This document shows positions 1 through 10,800 of a stretch of 64,000 bases of DNA, piece by piece. The stretch is from Candidatus Cloacimonadales bacterium. GTDB lineage: Bacteria; Cloacimonadota; Cloacimonadia; Cloacimonadales; JAIOQZ01. The notes beneath the pieces are model-generated. The model worked only from the letters and a program-made list of their open reading frames with translations. It ran no database searches and was not told the origin of the DNA. The first letter of the stretch is position 1; each line of letters starts with the position of its first letter. The position numbers and the translations under genes are program-made. Location of the stretch: positions 3,168,001-3,232,000 of the forward strand of contig CAXXTU010000002.1 of NCBI GenBank assembly GCA_963662655.2. The letters run 5' to 3'.

Positions 1-33
1 GAGAACGAATCCAAAGAGTATCACTTTTATCAT
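1..33 (-). CDS. 5' end of a gene running off the window (MIKVILFGFVL..., probable signal peptide)
   Basis: Minus-strand GAGGT RBS 5 nt before the ATG at 33; hydrophobic open frame to the window edge; only 11 codons visible. Confidence 0.4.
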   Translation of the reverse strand, partial: MIKVILFGFVL

Positions 34-46
34 TGATTACCTCATT

Positions 47-74
47 AAAACAGAAGCCCCATTGCTGGGGCTTC
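47..74 (-). terminator. Rho-independent terminator after the adhesin/PorP-like operon
   Basis: Perfect 9-bp stem GAAGCCCCA-ttgc-TGGGGCTTC (53-74), followed on the minus strand by TGTTTT, about 40 nt after the stop at 112. Confidence 0.75.
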
Positions 75-111
75 CGCATATTATTCTTCTATTCCCATGT
101 TACCGGGATGA

Positions 112-1803
112 TTATTCGTTATCCTTTTTCTGACGCTTCGCTGCGATGATGAACATGATGATCACGCCAACAATCGCCAGCGCGATGAGCAGATACCACC
201 ACCACGCCATGCCCGGTTCTTCTTCTACCTGTACCGGCTCAACGATTTCCACGATCTCTTCAGGTTCTTCGACGACCGGTTCTTCGACCACCACGGGTTC
301 CTCGACCACCTTCTTCACAACAGGTCTTGGCCTTGGTTTCGGCTTGACGGGCTCAGGTTCGGGTTCAGGTTCCACAACCACTTCCGGTTCGTAAACCGCG
401 CCCTTGAAGAGCGAGCTCGTTCCCTCGATGTTCCTTCCGGCGTCTACGATGCGAAGCTGATATTCATACTGGTTCTCTTCGTCGTCCGGCATCAGCTCCA
501 TGACGTCCCACGTGTATTCGTAGGATTTATCCAGGCCTTCCTGCGCAATCGCGCCCGTGATCGGCTGGGTGTTCAGGCTGGCCTTTTCGATGCCGTTTTC
601 GTAGAGATAGATGCTGAATTCAGGTTCTTCGATCGTGGATGTCCATGCGAGCGTCACCTTGTCCTCGTTCCATACCGTGTCCGGTAGAGCCGCGATCCGG
701 ATTTCACGGAGGCGTCTGAGGATGTTGACCTGATCTTTCACCGGTTCACCCATCGCGCCGGCAACTTCCAGCGTTACCAGGTTGTCGCCAGGATTAAGAT
801 CGAAGTTCTCCACGAAATGCTTGCCGTCGTACTCGCGAACGTTGTTGCGAATCAGGATTGGGCTTCCGTTCACGAACACGCGCACGTAGTCGTAACGCTT
901 CTGGCCTTCCACGTGGAAATCGACCCGTTCCTTCTCCGCGAGCGTCTCGAAGTGACCTTCCTCCCAGCGGTTATCCGTGAAGATGATGCTGGGGGTCTCG
1001 GACGACTGCGGAGCGTAAGTCACGAACACACCGTAGTTGGTGCTGTTGATCTCGTCCTCGTAGTAGTAGTCGTAGTTGAACATTACATCCCAGTAGTTCA
1101 GCGTGTTGATCTCCGGAGCGATGGACACCTTTTCCGCCGTGCTGGTGATGTTGGTGGTGAAGAACGGAGTCGGGAGGCTCACGCCAACCGAGATACCGTA
1201 GTAGTCTTCGTCATCCTCACGCATGTAGAACGCGCCAAGGTTGATATACTTCTTCACCTGCCAATCGACCTTCGCAAGCACCTTCATCGGGAGCTTCTCT
1301 TCGTAATCGGTGTTCGCCATGGATACGTCGGGGCGGTTCAGGTGGAACAGGCCCACGCCCACGTTGAGGCGATCGTCGAAGAAGTTGCCGTGCAGCGAGG
1401 CTCCGAATGTCGGAACCGTGATGCTGTAGTCTTCCAGGGTTTCCGCCTGACCGAAATCCAGTCCGCTCTGGCTGATATCGCGGTAGATGATACCTGCTGA
1501 GACAGCCGCGGTGAGGAAAGAGGTTACGCGGTACCCAGGACTGATGCTGAATACGTAGTTCTTGTATACGTCATCCTGAAGTCCCATCACGTCCGCTTCG
1601 ATAGTGAAGCGCTGATAGACGGGGACGTTGATCATCATACCCATCTCATCGAATCCGTCTTCGAAGTTCGAGAACGTCTTCTGATAATATGAGCTTAGCT
1701 TGAAATAATTTCCACTCATTTCAGAGGCTGGGATGAAACCGTCAAATGCAAGCAATGCTGCCAGGATCGCGACGAATGTAAGGGCTATAATCGTTCGTTT
1801 CAT
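112..1803 (-). CDS. PorP/SprF-like (T9SS) outer-membrane barrel fused to Ig-like domains, a Pro/Glu-rich linker and a C-terminal TM helix
   Basis: Signal peptide; amphipathic strands with GVGLFHLNRPDVS, which resembles the PorP/SprF HLN.P motif; LNPGDNLVTLEV Ig-like motif; EPEPEPEPVKPKPRPRP; WWWYLLIALAIVGVIIMFIIAA followed by KRQKK; GGAGG RBS; directly downstream of a type-B CTD protein. Confidence 0.7.
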   Translation of the reverse strand: MKRTIIALTFVAILAALLAFDGFIPASEMSGNYFKLSSYYQKTFSNFEDGFDEMGMMINVPVYQRFTIEADVMGLQDDVYKNYVFSISPGYRVTSFLTAAVSAGIIYRDISQSGLDFGQAETLEDYSITVPTFGASLHGNFFDDRLNVGVGLFHLNRPDVSMANTDYEEKLPMKVLAKVDWQVKKYINLGAFYMREDDEDYYGISVGVSLPTPFFTTNITSTAEKVSIAPEINTLNYWDVMFNYDYYYEDEINSTNYGVFVTYAPQSSETPSIIFTDNRWEEGHFETLAEKERVDFHVEGQKRYDYVRVFVNGSPILIRNNVREYDGKHFVENFDLNPGDNLVTLEVAGAMGEPVKDQVNILRRLREIRIAALPDTVWNEDKVTLAWTSTIEEPEFSIYLYENGIEKASLNTQPITGAIAQEGLDKSYEYTWDVMELMPDDEENQYEYQLRIVDAGRNIEGTSSLFKGAVYEPEVVVEPEPEPEPVKPKPRPRPVVKKVVEEPVVVEEPVVEEPEEIVEIVEPVQVEEEPGMAWWWYLLIALAIVGVIIMFIIAAKRQKKDNE

Positions 1804-1814
1804 CTTGCACCTCC

Positions 1815-4800
1815 TTACCGTACTAAGTAAATTTTGCCACGTTTATCGATACTGCCATTCTTACGTAGTACGTAGATGTACGGGCCACTGCCGCACTTAC
1901 GTCCTCCGTCATCCTTACCGTCCCAGCTGAGGGTCATTCCGGTACCATCGTAGGTTCCGTTCACCTCGCGAACGCGTTTTCCGTGCAGATCGTAAATATT
2001 CATCTTCGCTTCGACATTACCGCTGTTCACCAGCCTTACCGTGTAGATATCGTTCAGACCGTCGCCGTTCGGTGTGAAGGCGTTGGGCTGCGGCTCGATG
2101 GAGTTACCGCGAACCGATATATTCACGTCGGTCTCATCCACGCCGTTGTGGACAATCTCGATCTCTCCAGTGTATACCTTGCGGGTACTCGGCGAGAACC
2201 TGGCATAGATGTCCTCGCTGCCCTGGTATGGGATGGTCATGCTCAGGGTCTCGACCCAGCCTCCATCCGTTCCGTGTCTTATCTGGAACCCGGGCGGGGC
2301 TCCAATCTCGGTCACCTCGAGCTCGTAGTTTCCAGTGTTTGTTATGGTGAACATCTGCGGTGCGGAATCCTCTCCTGCATATACGTCGCCGAAGTTCATC
2401 GAGGTCATATCCACCGCGATGTTCGGCAGCGGCGTCGCCACGATGGCGCGGATCAGAAGATCGCCATTCGGAATGACGCCCCAGCCGGATCCGGCTTCCA
2501 CGTAGCTGTGTCCGCTAACGGGATCGCTTGTATCGAAACCGACCTGATACGGATGCGAGGCATCCACCACAATGTGGAATCTCTCGCCGACGAATTCCAG
2601 GTCAGCGCCGGACGGAATATCCAGAATGTTCCAACCCAGATGTAAGTCGTTCACATCGTAGTTGAAGGTCTGGATGAAGTTGTCCGCGCTAGGTGTGTCG
2701 CCGTTACCGTAGATGTTGATCAACAGATCCTGCACATCGAGCGTATACAGATAGATCGCGAAACGAATCAGCGTGCTGGTCGGCGTGTAACGCTGGATCG
2801 GAGACAGATCGAACTGAACGCCGAACTCGTTGCCGAAGAGGTAGCCTTGTTCAGGAATACCATCGTCGTAGTACAGCGCGAATTCGGTCGGAGGCAGCGG
2901 ATAGACCGTTGCGACTTCCGAGGCGTACGATTCGCCCTGCCAGTCGATATGATCCGCTTCCAGAACTGCGGTTACCCGGTAGCAGTTCTGTACGCCGACA
3001 TTCGGTTCATCGTCGGTGAAATGGGTGACGTTTCCATCAACCTCGCCGATGAGCTCGTAATTGTCATCGTAATCGCCGGAGCGATACACGTTGTAACCCG
3101 TGAGCCACTTGGCGCTGACCGGAGCGCTCCAGGTCAGTTCCGAGGTTCCGTCGTTGAAAAGCGTCGGTATCAGGTTCTGCGGCGCGTCGTTCCGGTTGAT
3201 CACGGTAAAGGTGAATTCTTCATCGTCCATACCGGTATTGTTCTCCAGGTGCACCGTGATGTTATATACGTCTGTTTGTGTCGCGGAAGGCGTCCAGCTC
3301 ATCAGTCCGGTTGCCGGATCGATGGTCATGCCTTCCGGGGCATTCATCAGCGAGAAGGTTGCCGTCGGATAGATATACGCCGTCACCTGATATTCCCATG
3401 CGGTATCGATCAGGTAGACGACCTGGTCGTCGATCGGATCGATAACCGGCACATCGATGATATTTTCAACGGTAATCACTACAGATTGCTGTGCGACCTC
3501 GCCGTCGTTGTCTTCCGCGTAGAAGGTGATGGTCTCGACGCCGTACCAGTCGGTTTCAGGATCCAGCGAAACAACGCCGTCCTGGATTCCGACCATGATG
3601 TGCGAGTTACCGCTGTAGCTGAAGGTCAGTGCGTCGCCGTGGATCAGATCGTCGTCACCGAACATCGCGTTCATGTCGAGCGAAGTATCGATAGCATTCT
3701 CCGGAATCGTGAGGCTATCGACAACCACCGCCACGTATGGTGCGTCGTTGACATTGGCAACTACGATGGTGAACGGCTGCTGCGCCGTATCGCGCAGGTT
3801 CATCGTTTTCTTGATAGTCTTGCGGTCGATTCCGTCGTCCACAACCAGCACGACTTCGTTGTCTCCTACGTTATCGTTGGTCGGCGTACCTTCCAGCGTT
3901 GCGTTGAAGTTGTCGGTTTGGGTCAGCGTCAGCCATTCCGGGCCGCTCTGCATCGTGATGGTCAGAACAGGATTCGGATCGTCGTCATTGCAGATGACGC
4001 TGTAGCTATACTGCTCGTCTTCGTTCACCGCGAGAATCGGATCCGAGGTGAAGTACGGAGCGTCGTTGGTGTTGAGCACTTCGATTTCGAAGATATCGTT
4101 CACGCTGGCCCCGTCCTCGTCTGTTGCCGTCACCATGATCATGTAGGTGCCGATATCGTCGTTCGTCGGCGTACCCGAGAATGTACGGGTCGCGCCATCG
4201 AAGCTCAACCACGCTGGAAGACCATCCTCGTCTACCTCGCCGGCAGTATAGGTCAGTACATCACCGTGGATGAGATCGTCGTCGTCGAACGTGTTTTCCG
4301 GGAAGGCATAGCTGTAAGCCTCATCTTCGTCGGTCGTCTGATCAGGGATCGGATTCAGGACAACCGGTGCGTCGTTGACGTTCGCAACGACAATGGTGAA
4401 CGACTGGATATCGAGCGTCGTCCCATCGTGCACTTCCAGCACGACCGCGTTGTCACCGACGTTCTCGTTGAGCGGTGTTCCGGTGATGTTGCCGGTACCG
4501 TCTCCGTTGTCGGTGAGCGTCAGCCAGAGCGGAAGTGTTGTGGCGATGATACTCAGGTCGTCGTTCGGATCGTCGTCCGTCGCCGTGATGTCATAGGTGT
4601 ATTCCACATCTTCTGTCGCGGTTGTGACCGGCGTGGATGTGAATTCCGGTGCGTCGTTGGTGTTGTCCACCGTCAGGACGAAGATATCCGATACGGACTC
4701 GCTCAGGTTATCGGTTGCGGTAACCTCGATGCTGTACTGTCCCAGATCGTCGTTCGTCGGTGTTCCACTGAACGTTCTCGAGACGTCGTTGAAGGTCAGC

Positions 4801-7800
4801 CATGCGGGAAGTGGATTGCCACCTTCGAGCAACGCGCTGTAGGTGAGTTCGTCACCGTGGATCAGATCGTCGTCGTCGAACGTGTTTTCCGGGAACGTAT
4901 AGCTGTAAGCCTCATCTTCGTCGGTCGTCTGATCCGCGATGGGGTTCATCACGTACGGAGCGTCGTTGGTGTTGGTCACCTCGATGTCGAACGTCTGGTA
5001 AGCCACCACTCGTACGCCGTCGCTTACGGTCAGGGTGACCGCGTTGGTTCCGACGTGCTCGTTGAGCGGGGTACCGGCGATGTTGCCGGTGCCGTCGCCG
5101 TTATCGGTGAGCGTCAGCCATGCGGGAAGCACGTCCGCGCCGAGAACCAGCGTTGCGCCCGGATCGTCGTCCGTCGCCGTGATGTTATAGGTGTATTCCA
5201 CATCCTCCGTCGCGGTCGTAACCGGCGTGGATGTGAAGTATGGGTCGTCCTGAGTATTGCTTACGACAATCTCGAAGTCGTCGAAGGCTGTCAGGTCGCC
5301 ATTGTCGGTTGCTGTCAGGCGGATGAACCAGGTTCCGTTGTCCTCGTTGGCAGGCGTTCCGCTGTAGGTGCGGGTCGCGCTATCGAAGGTCAACCACGCG
5401 GGAAGCGGCGAACCGTCTTGCAGTGCGGAGGTGTAGCTCAGCATGTCGCCGTAGACGATGTCGTCGTCACCGAAGGTATCGTCGGCAAACGTGAAGCTGA
5501 ACGGGGTATCCTCTGTCGCAGCCTGATCCGCGATGGGGTTCATCACGTACGGAGCGTCGTTGGTGTTGGTCACCTCGATGTCGAACGTCTGGTAAGCCAC
5601 CACTCGTACGCCGTCGCTTACGGTCAGGGTGACCGCGTTGGTTCCGACGTGCTCGTTGAGCGGGGTACCGGCGATGTTGCCGGTGCCGTCGCCGTTATCG
5701 GTGAGCGTCAGCCATGCGGGAAGTACATCCGCGCCGAGAACCAGCGTTGCGCCCGGATCGTTGTCCGTCGCCGTGATGTTATAGGTGTATTCCACATCCT
5801 CTGTGGCGGTCGTAACCGGCGTGGAAGTGAAGTATGGATCGTCCTGAGTATTGCTTACGACAATCTCGAAGTCGTCGAAGGCTGTCAGGTCGCCATTGTC
5901 GGTTGCTGTCAGGCGGATGAACCAGGTTCCGTTGTCCTCGTTGGCAGGCGTACCGCTGTAGGTGCGGGTCGCGCTATCGAAGGCAAGCCATGCGGGAAGC
6001 GGCGAACCGTCTTGCAGTGCGGAGGTGTAGCTCAGCATGTCGCCGTAGACGATGTCGTCGTCACCGAAGGTATCGTTGGCAAACGTGAAGCTGAACGGGG
6101 TATCCTCGGTCGCAGCCTGATCTGGGATGGGGTTCATCACGTACGGAGCGTCGTTGGTGTTCGCTACTTCAATATCGAACGTCTGGTAAGCCACCACTCG
6201 TACGCCGTCGCTTACGGTCAGGGTGACCGCGTTGGTTCCGACGTGCTCGTTGAGCGGGGTACCGGCGATGTTGCCGGTGCCGTCGCCGTTATCGGTGAGC
6301 GTCAGCCATGCAGGAAGCACGTCCGCGCCGAGAACCAGCGTTGCGCCCGGATCGTCGTCCGTCGCCGTGATGTTATAGGTGTATTCCACATCCTCTGTGG
6401 CGGTCGTAACCGGCGTGGATGTGAAGTATGGATCGTCCTGAGCGTTGCTTACGACAATCTCGAAGTCGTCGAAGGCTGTCAGGTCGCCATTGTCGGTTGC
6501 TGTCAGGCGGATGAACCAGGTTCCGTTGTCCTCGTTGGCAGGCGTTCCGCTGTAGGTGCGGGTCGCGCTATCGAAGGTCAACCACGCGGGAAGCGGCGAA
6601 CCATCTTGCAGTGCGGAGGTGTAGCTCAGCATGTCGCCGTAGACGATGTCGTCGTCACCGAAGGTATCGTCGGCAAACGTGAAGCTGAACGGGGTATCCT
6701 CTGTCGCAGCCTGATCTGGGATGGGGTTTATCACGTACGGAGCGTCGTTGGTGTTCGCTACTTCAATATCGAACGTCTGGTAAGCCACCACTCGTACGCC
6801 GTCGCTTACGGTCAGGGTGACCGCGTTGGTTCCGACGTGCTCGTTGAGCGGGGTACCGGCGATGTTGCCGGTGCCGTCGCCGTTATCGGTGAGCGTCAGC
6901 CATGCAGGAAGCACGTCCGCGCCGAGAACCAGCGTTGCGCCCGGATCGTCGTCCGTCGCCGTGATGTTATAGGTGTATTCCACATCCTCTGTGGCGGTCG
7001 TAACCGGCGTGGATGTGAAGTATGGATCGTCCTGAGCGTTGCTTACGACAATCTCGAAGTCGTCGAAGGCTGTCAGGTCGCCATTGTCGGTTGCTGTCAG
7101 GCGGATGAACCAGGTTCCGTTGTCCTCGTTGGCAGGCGTTCCGCTGTAGGTGCGGGTCGCGCTATCGAAGGTCAACCACGCGGGAAGCGGCGAACCATCT
7201 TGCAGTGCGGAGGTGTAGCTCAGCATGTCGCCGTAGACGATGTCGTCGTCACCGAAGGTATCGTCGGCAAACGTGAAGCTGAACGGGGTATCCTCTGTCG
7301 CAGCCTGATCCGCGATGGGGTTCATCACGTACGGAGCGTCGTTGGTGTTCGTGATCTCGATCTGGAAGACTCCTTCCGCAGTCTCCATTGCGATGTCTGT
7401 CGCCACGATCTTCACGTTGATAATGCCGATATCTTCGCTGAGCGGTGTCCCACTGTAGGTCCGAGTGACCGGATCGAACGCCAGCCACGCAGGAAGCGGT
7501 GTTCCGTCTTCAAGTGTCGATGAATAGGTCAGCACGTCGCCGTAGATCAGGTCATCGTCCTCGAAGGTGTTCTCCGGTACGATGTACTCGAAGAGGGCGT
7601 CTTCCGGCGCGATTTGATTCGGAACAGCGTTGGTGTAAACCGGCGCGTCGTTGGTGTTGGCCACCGTGATGGTGAAGCTCTGGATAACCGGATCGTTGTT
7701 GTTGTCCGTAACCGAGATTTCCACCGGGTTTTCGCCGACATTCGCGTTGAGAGGCGTTCCGCTAAGAGTGGCCGTACTATCGCCGTTATCGGTGAGGGCC

Positions 7801-10800
7801 AGCCACGATGGAACGTTCACTTCTGCGAATACAAGTGATTCACCGTTGATATCGCTCGCTGTAATATTATAGGTATAGATGGCGTCTTCAATGGCATCCG
7901 TTACCGGCGTGGATGTGAATGCCGGCGGTAGCTGGATGAATACCACATCGAGCGTGTATTCATCCGAGACGCTCTGCATATCCATGTCGGTCGCTGTCAC
8001 CTTGATTTGATAGGTTCCAAGGTCCGAAGGCGTACCGCTGAAGTTGCGTGTGACCGCGTCGAACGCGAGCCATGCAGGCAGAGGACTGTCGTCGGACAGC
8101 GTGGCGGTGTAGGTCAGCGCATCCCCAGGCGTTGGTTCGGTGAACGTGTTCGCCGGGAATGTGTAATCGTAGAGTATATTGATGTAGGTTTCCTGATCGG
8201 GTATCGGATTGGAAACCACCGGCGGCTCAACGACATTCTGAACGTAGATGGTGAATATCTGATCGACGGGGATATTTGTCGAATCGACCACGGTTATCAC
8301 GACAGGGTTGTCACCGATGTTTGCCTGATACGGCATACCTGAAAGCGAGCCCGTGCCGTCGCCGTTATCCGTGAGGGTAAGCCAGCTCGGAAGAGTCGGG
8401 GCCGTAAGCGTCCAGGAGTCCATCGCATCGACGTCTTCTGTGACGATGTTGTATAAGTATGGTGAGGCTTCCTGTGCTATTGTATCCGGTACTGATGTGA
8501 AGTACGGCAGATCGTTCGCGTTGTATACCGTGATAATGAATATGTCGGAAGCGCTCAGGAGATAGATATCTGTTGCCGTAACCTTGATGGAATAGCTGCC
8601 AACATCTTCCTGGGCAGGCATTCCGTTGAAGGTACGGGCGAAGTCGTCGAAGCTCAACCATTCCGGTAAGGCGTCGCCGTTGGAGAGGGTTGCTTCATAA
8701 TACAAGGTGTTGTCGTAGTCCGCATCGCCGAAGGTATTCTCCGGGAATGTGTAGCTGAATGCAACTTCTTCCCAAGCGGATTGATCCGGGATCGGATTTA
8801 CTACAAACGGTGCATCCGGATCGTCGAGAACCTGAAGGATGAAGTCGTCGAACACGGCCAGGCCCTCGGAATCGGTCGCAGTCACCCGGATCGAATAGTG
8901 GCCAACATCTTCGTGCGTCGGGATACCGTTGAACGAACGGGTTTCCGGAGTGAACTCCAGCCATTCCGGCAGCGGAGAACCGTCTGTCAGTTTTGCCGTG
9001 TAGGTCAGGAAGTCACCCCACTGGATATCCGGATCGCTGAACGTGTCCGCGCGGAAGGTGAAGGAGTAGGATGTCAATTCGACAATCTCGTGATCGGGGA
9101 TCAGGTGCGTGACATAAGGCGCGTCGTTCACATTGACGACAAACAGCGTGAATGTGCTGATCGCCGTTTGTCCCGCCATATCCATAGCCGTCACATCAAC
9201 CATCATTGAACCTACGTTATCGTTGGTCGGCGTGCCGCTGAATGCTCTGGTTTCTTCGTCGAATGAAAGCCATTCCGGAAGCGGTCCGTTTCCACTGATG
9301 ATCGCGCTGTAGGTGAGGATGTCGTCGGCATCGAGATCACCGAATGTATCTTCTGGGATCGTGTAGAAGAATGCGGCATCCTGCACTGCGTTCTGATCCG
9401 GGATCGGATTTTGAACATAGGGTGGCGTATTCACATCGCGAACTTCGATCGAGAAGCTCTGCTCTGTCGGAATAGGCTCGATGCCGTCTTCGGCGTTGAG
9501 TGTAACGGGGTTGGCTCCGATGTATTGCCATGTTGGAATACCGGAAAGCGTCGCCGTTCCATCGCCGTTGTCGACCAGGCTCAACCAATCCGGAAGAACT
9601 GGTGCCGAGATATTGATGCCGAGGTTGGTGCCGTCATCCGTAACGGTGATGGAATACGAGTACAGTGTTCCTTCGTCCGCGGTGAGCTCCGGCATCGAGG
9701 TGAATACCGGCCCGTCGTTTTCATGGACGACTCTGATGATGAAGATATCGCTGGCGGTTCTGAATGAAGTATCCATTACCGTAACGCGGATGTTGTAAAT
9801 ACCGATATCGCTCAGAGAAGCGGTACCGCTGAAGGTTTTTGTTACCGGATTGAATGCGAGCCAGGCCGGAAGGGCGCTACCGTCAGCCTGATCTGCGCTG
9901 TATGTGAGAACGTCGCCATGAATGATGTCGTCGTCCGCGAACGTATTTTCAGGAACAGCGTACTCGAACAGCATCTCGATCACCGCACCGCGATCCGGTA
10001 TCTGATTTGCCACGTATGGCGCATCGTTCACGTTGATCACGGTAAGTGTGAAGGCCTGATCCGTCGATTGACGAATGCCGTCGTCCACACGGAGGATAAT
10101 CTCGCTCGATCCAACCGCATCGTTCGTCGGGGTTCCTGCGAGGAGACCTGTCCCGTCGCCGTTATCGGTGAGGGTAAGCCAGCCGGGAATCTGAACGGCG
10201 GTAATGTTGATGAACTCATTGTATCCGTCATCCTGCGTCTCGATTTCGTAGGAGTAATGCACGTCCTCTGTTGCGGTTGTGTCCGGTACGGAGACGAAGA
10301 CCGGCGGTACGTTGTTTCCGTAAACGGTAAGCACGAAGTCGTCGAACGCACTTGCGTTCATCAGGTCTGTCACCGTTACGCGCATGTCGTAAATACCGAC
10401 ATCCATGATATCCGGCGTTCCGGAGAATGTGTGTGTGTCGATATCGAAATCGAGCCATGCCGGAAGGAAGGACCCGTCGGCAAGTTTTGCGCTCCAAACG
10501 ATCTCGTCTCCCCAAATCAGGTCGTCGTCGCCAAAGGTTCCGGATGGGATCTCGTAGTTCAGGGCAATTCCCTGACGGATTCCGACGTCCGAAATCGGTT
10601 CGATCAAGTATGGTGCGTCGTTGGTATTGTATACGGTGATCGTAAAGGATTGCTCTTCGATCACGCGAACGTTGTCGTTAGCTTGCAGCACAATCTCATG
10701 CTCGCCAACATCGCCGTTTTTGGGAACTCCCGCAAGGACGGCAGTCCCATCGCCGTTGTCGGTGAGTGTCAGCCAGCCGGGAAGCGCTGTTGCGGTGATG

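Noticed and set aside
4935..7348. Possible CRISPR or non-coding repeat array
   Set aside because: In-frame 594-bp coding repeats without spacers; no cas genes or short repeat-spacer arrays were seen in the window
2847..7523. 1558-aa plus-strand ORF and many other long ORFs antisense to the adhesin
   Set aside because: Shadow ORFs from biased codon usage and repeats of the real minus-strand gene; V/R/G-rich with no motifs
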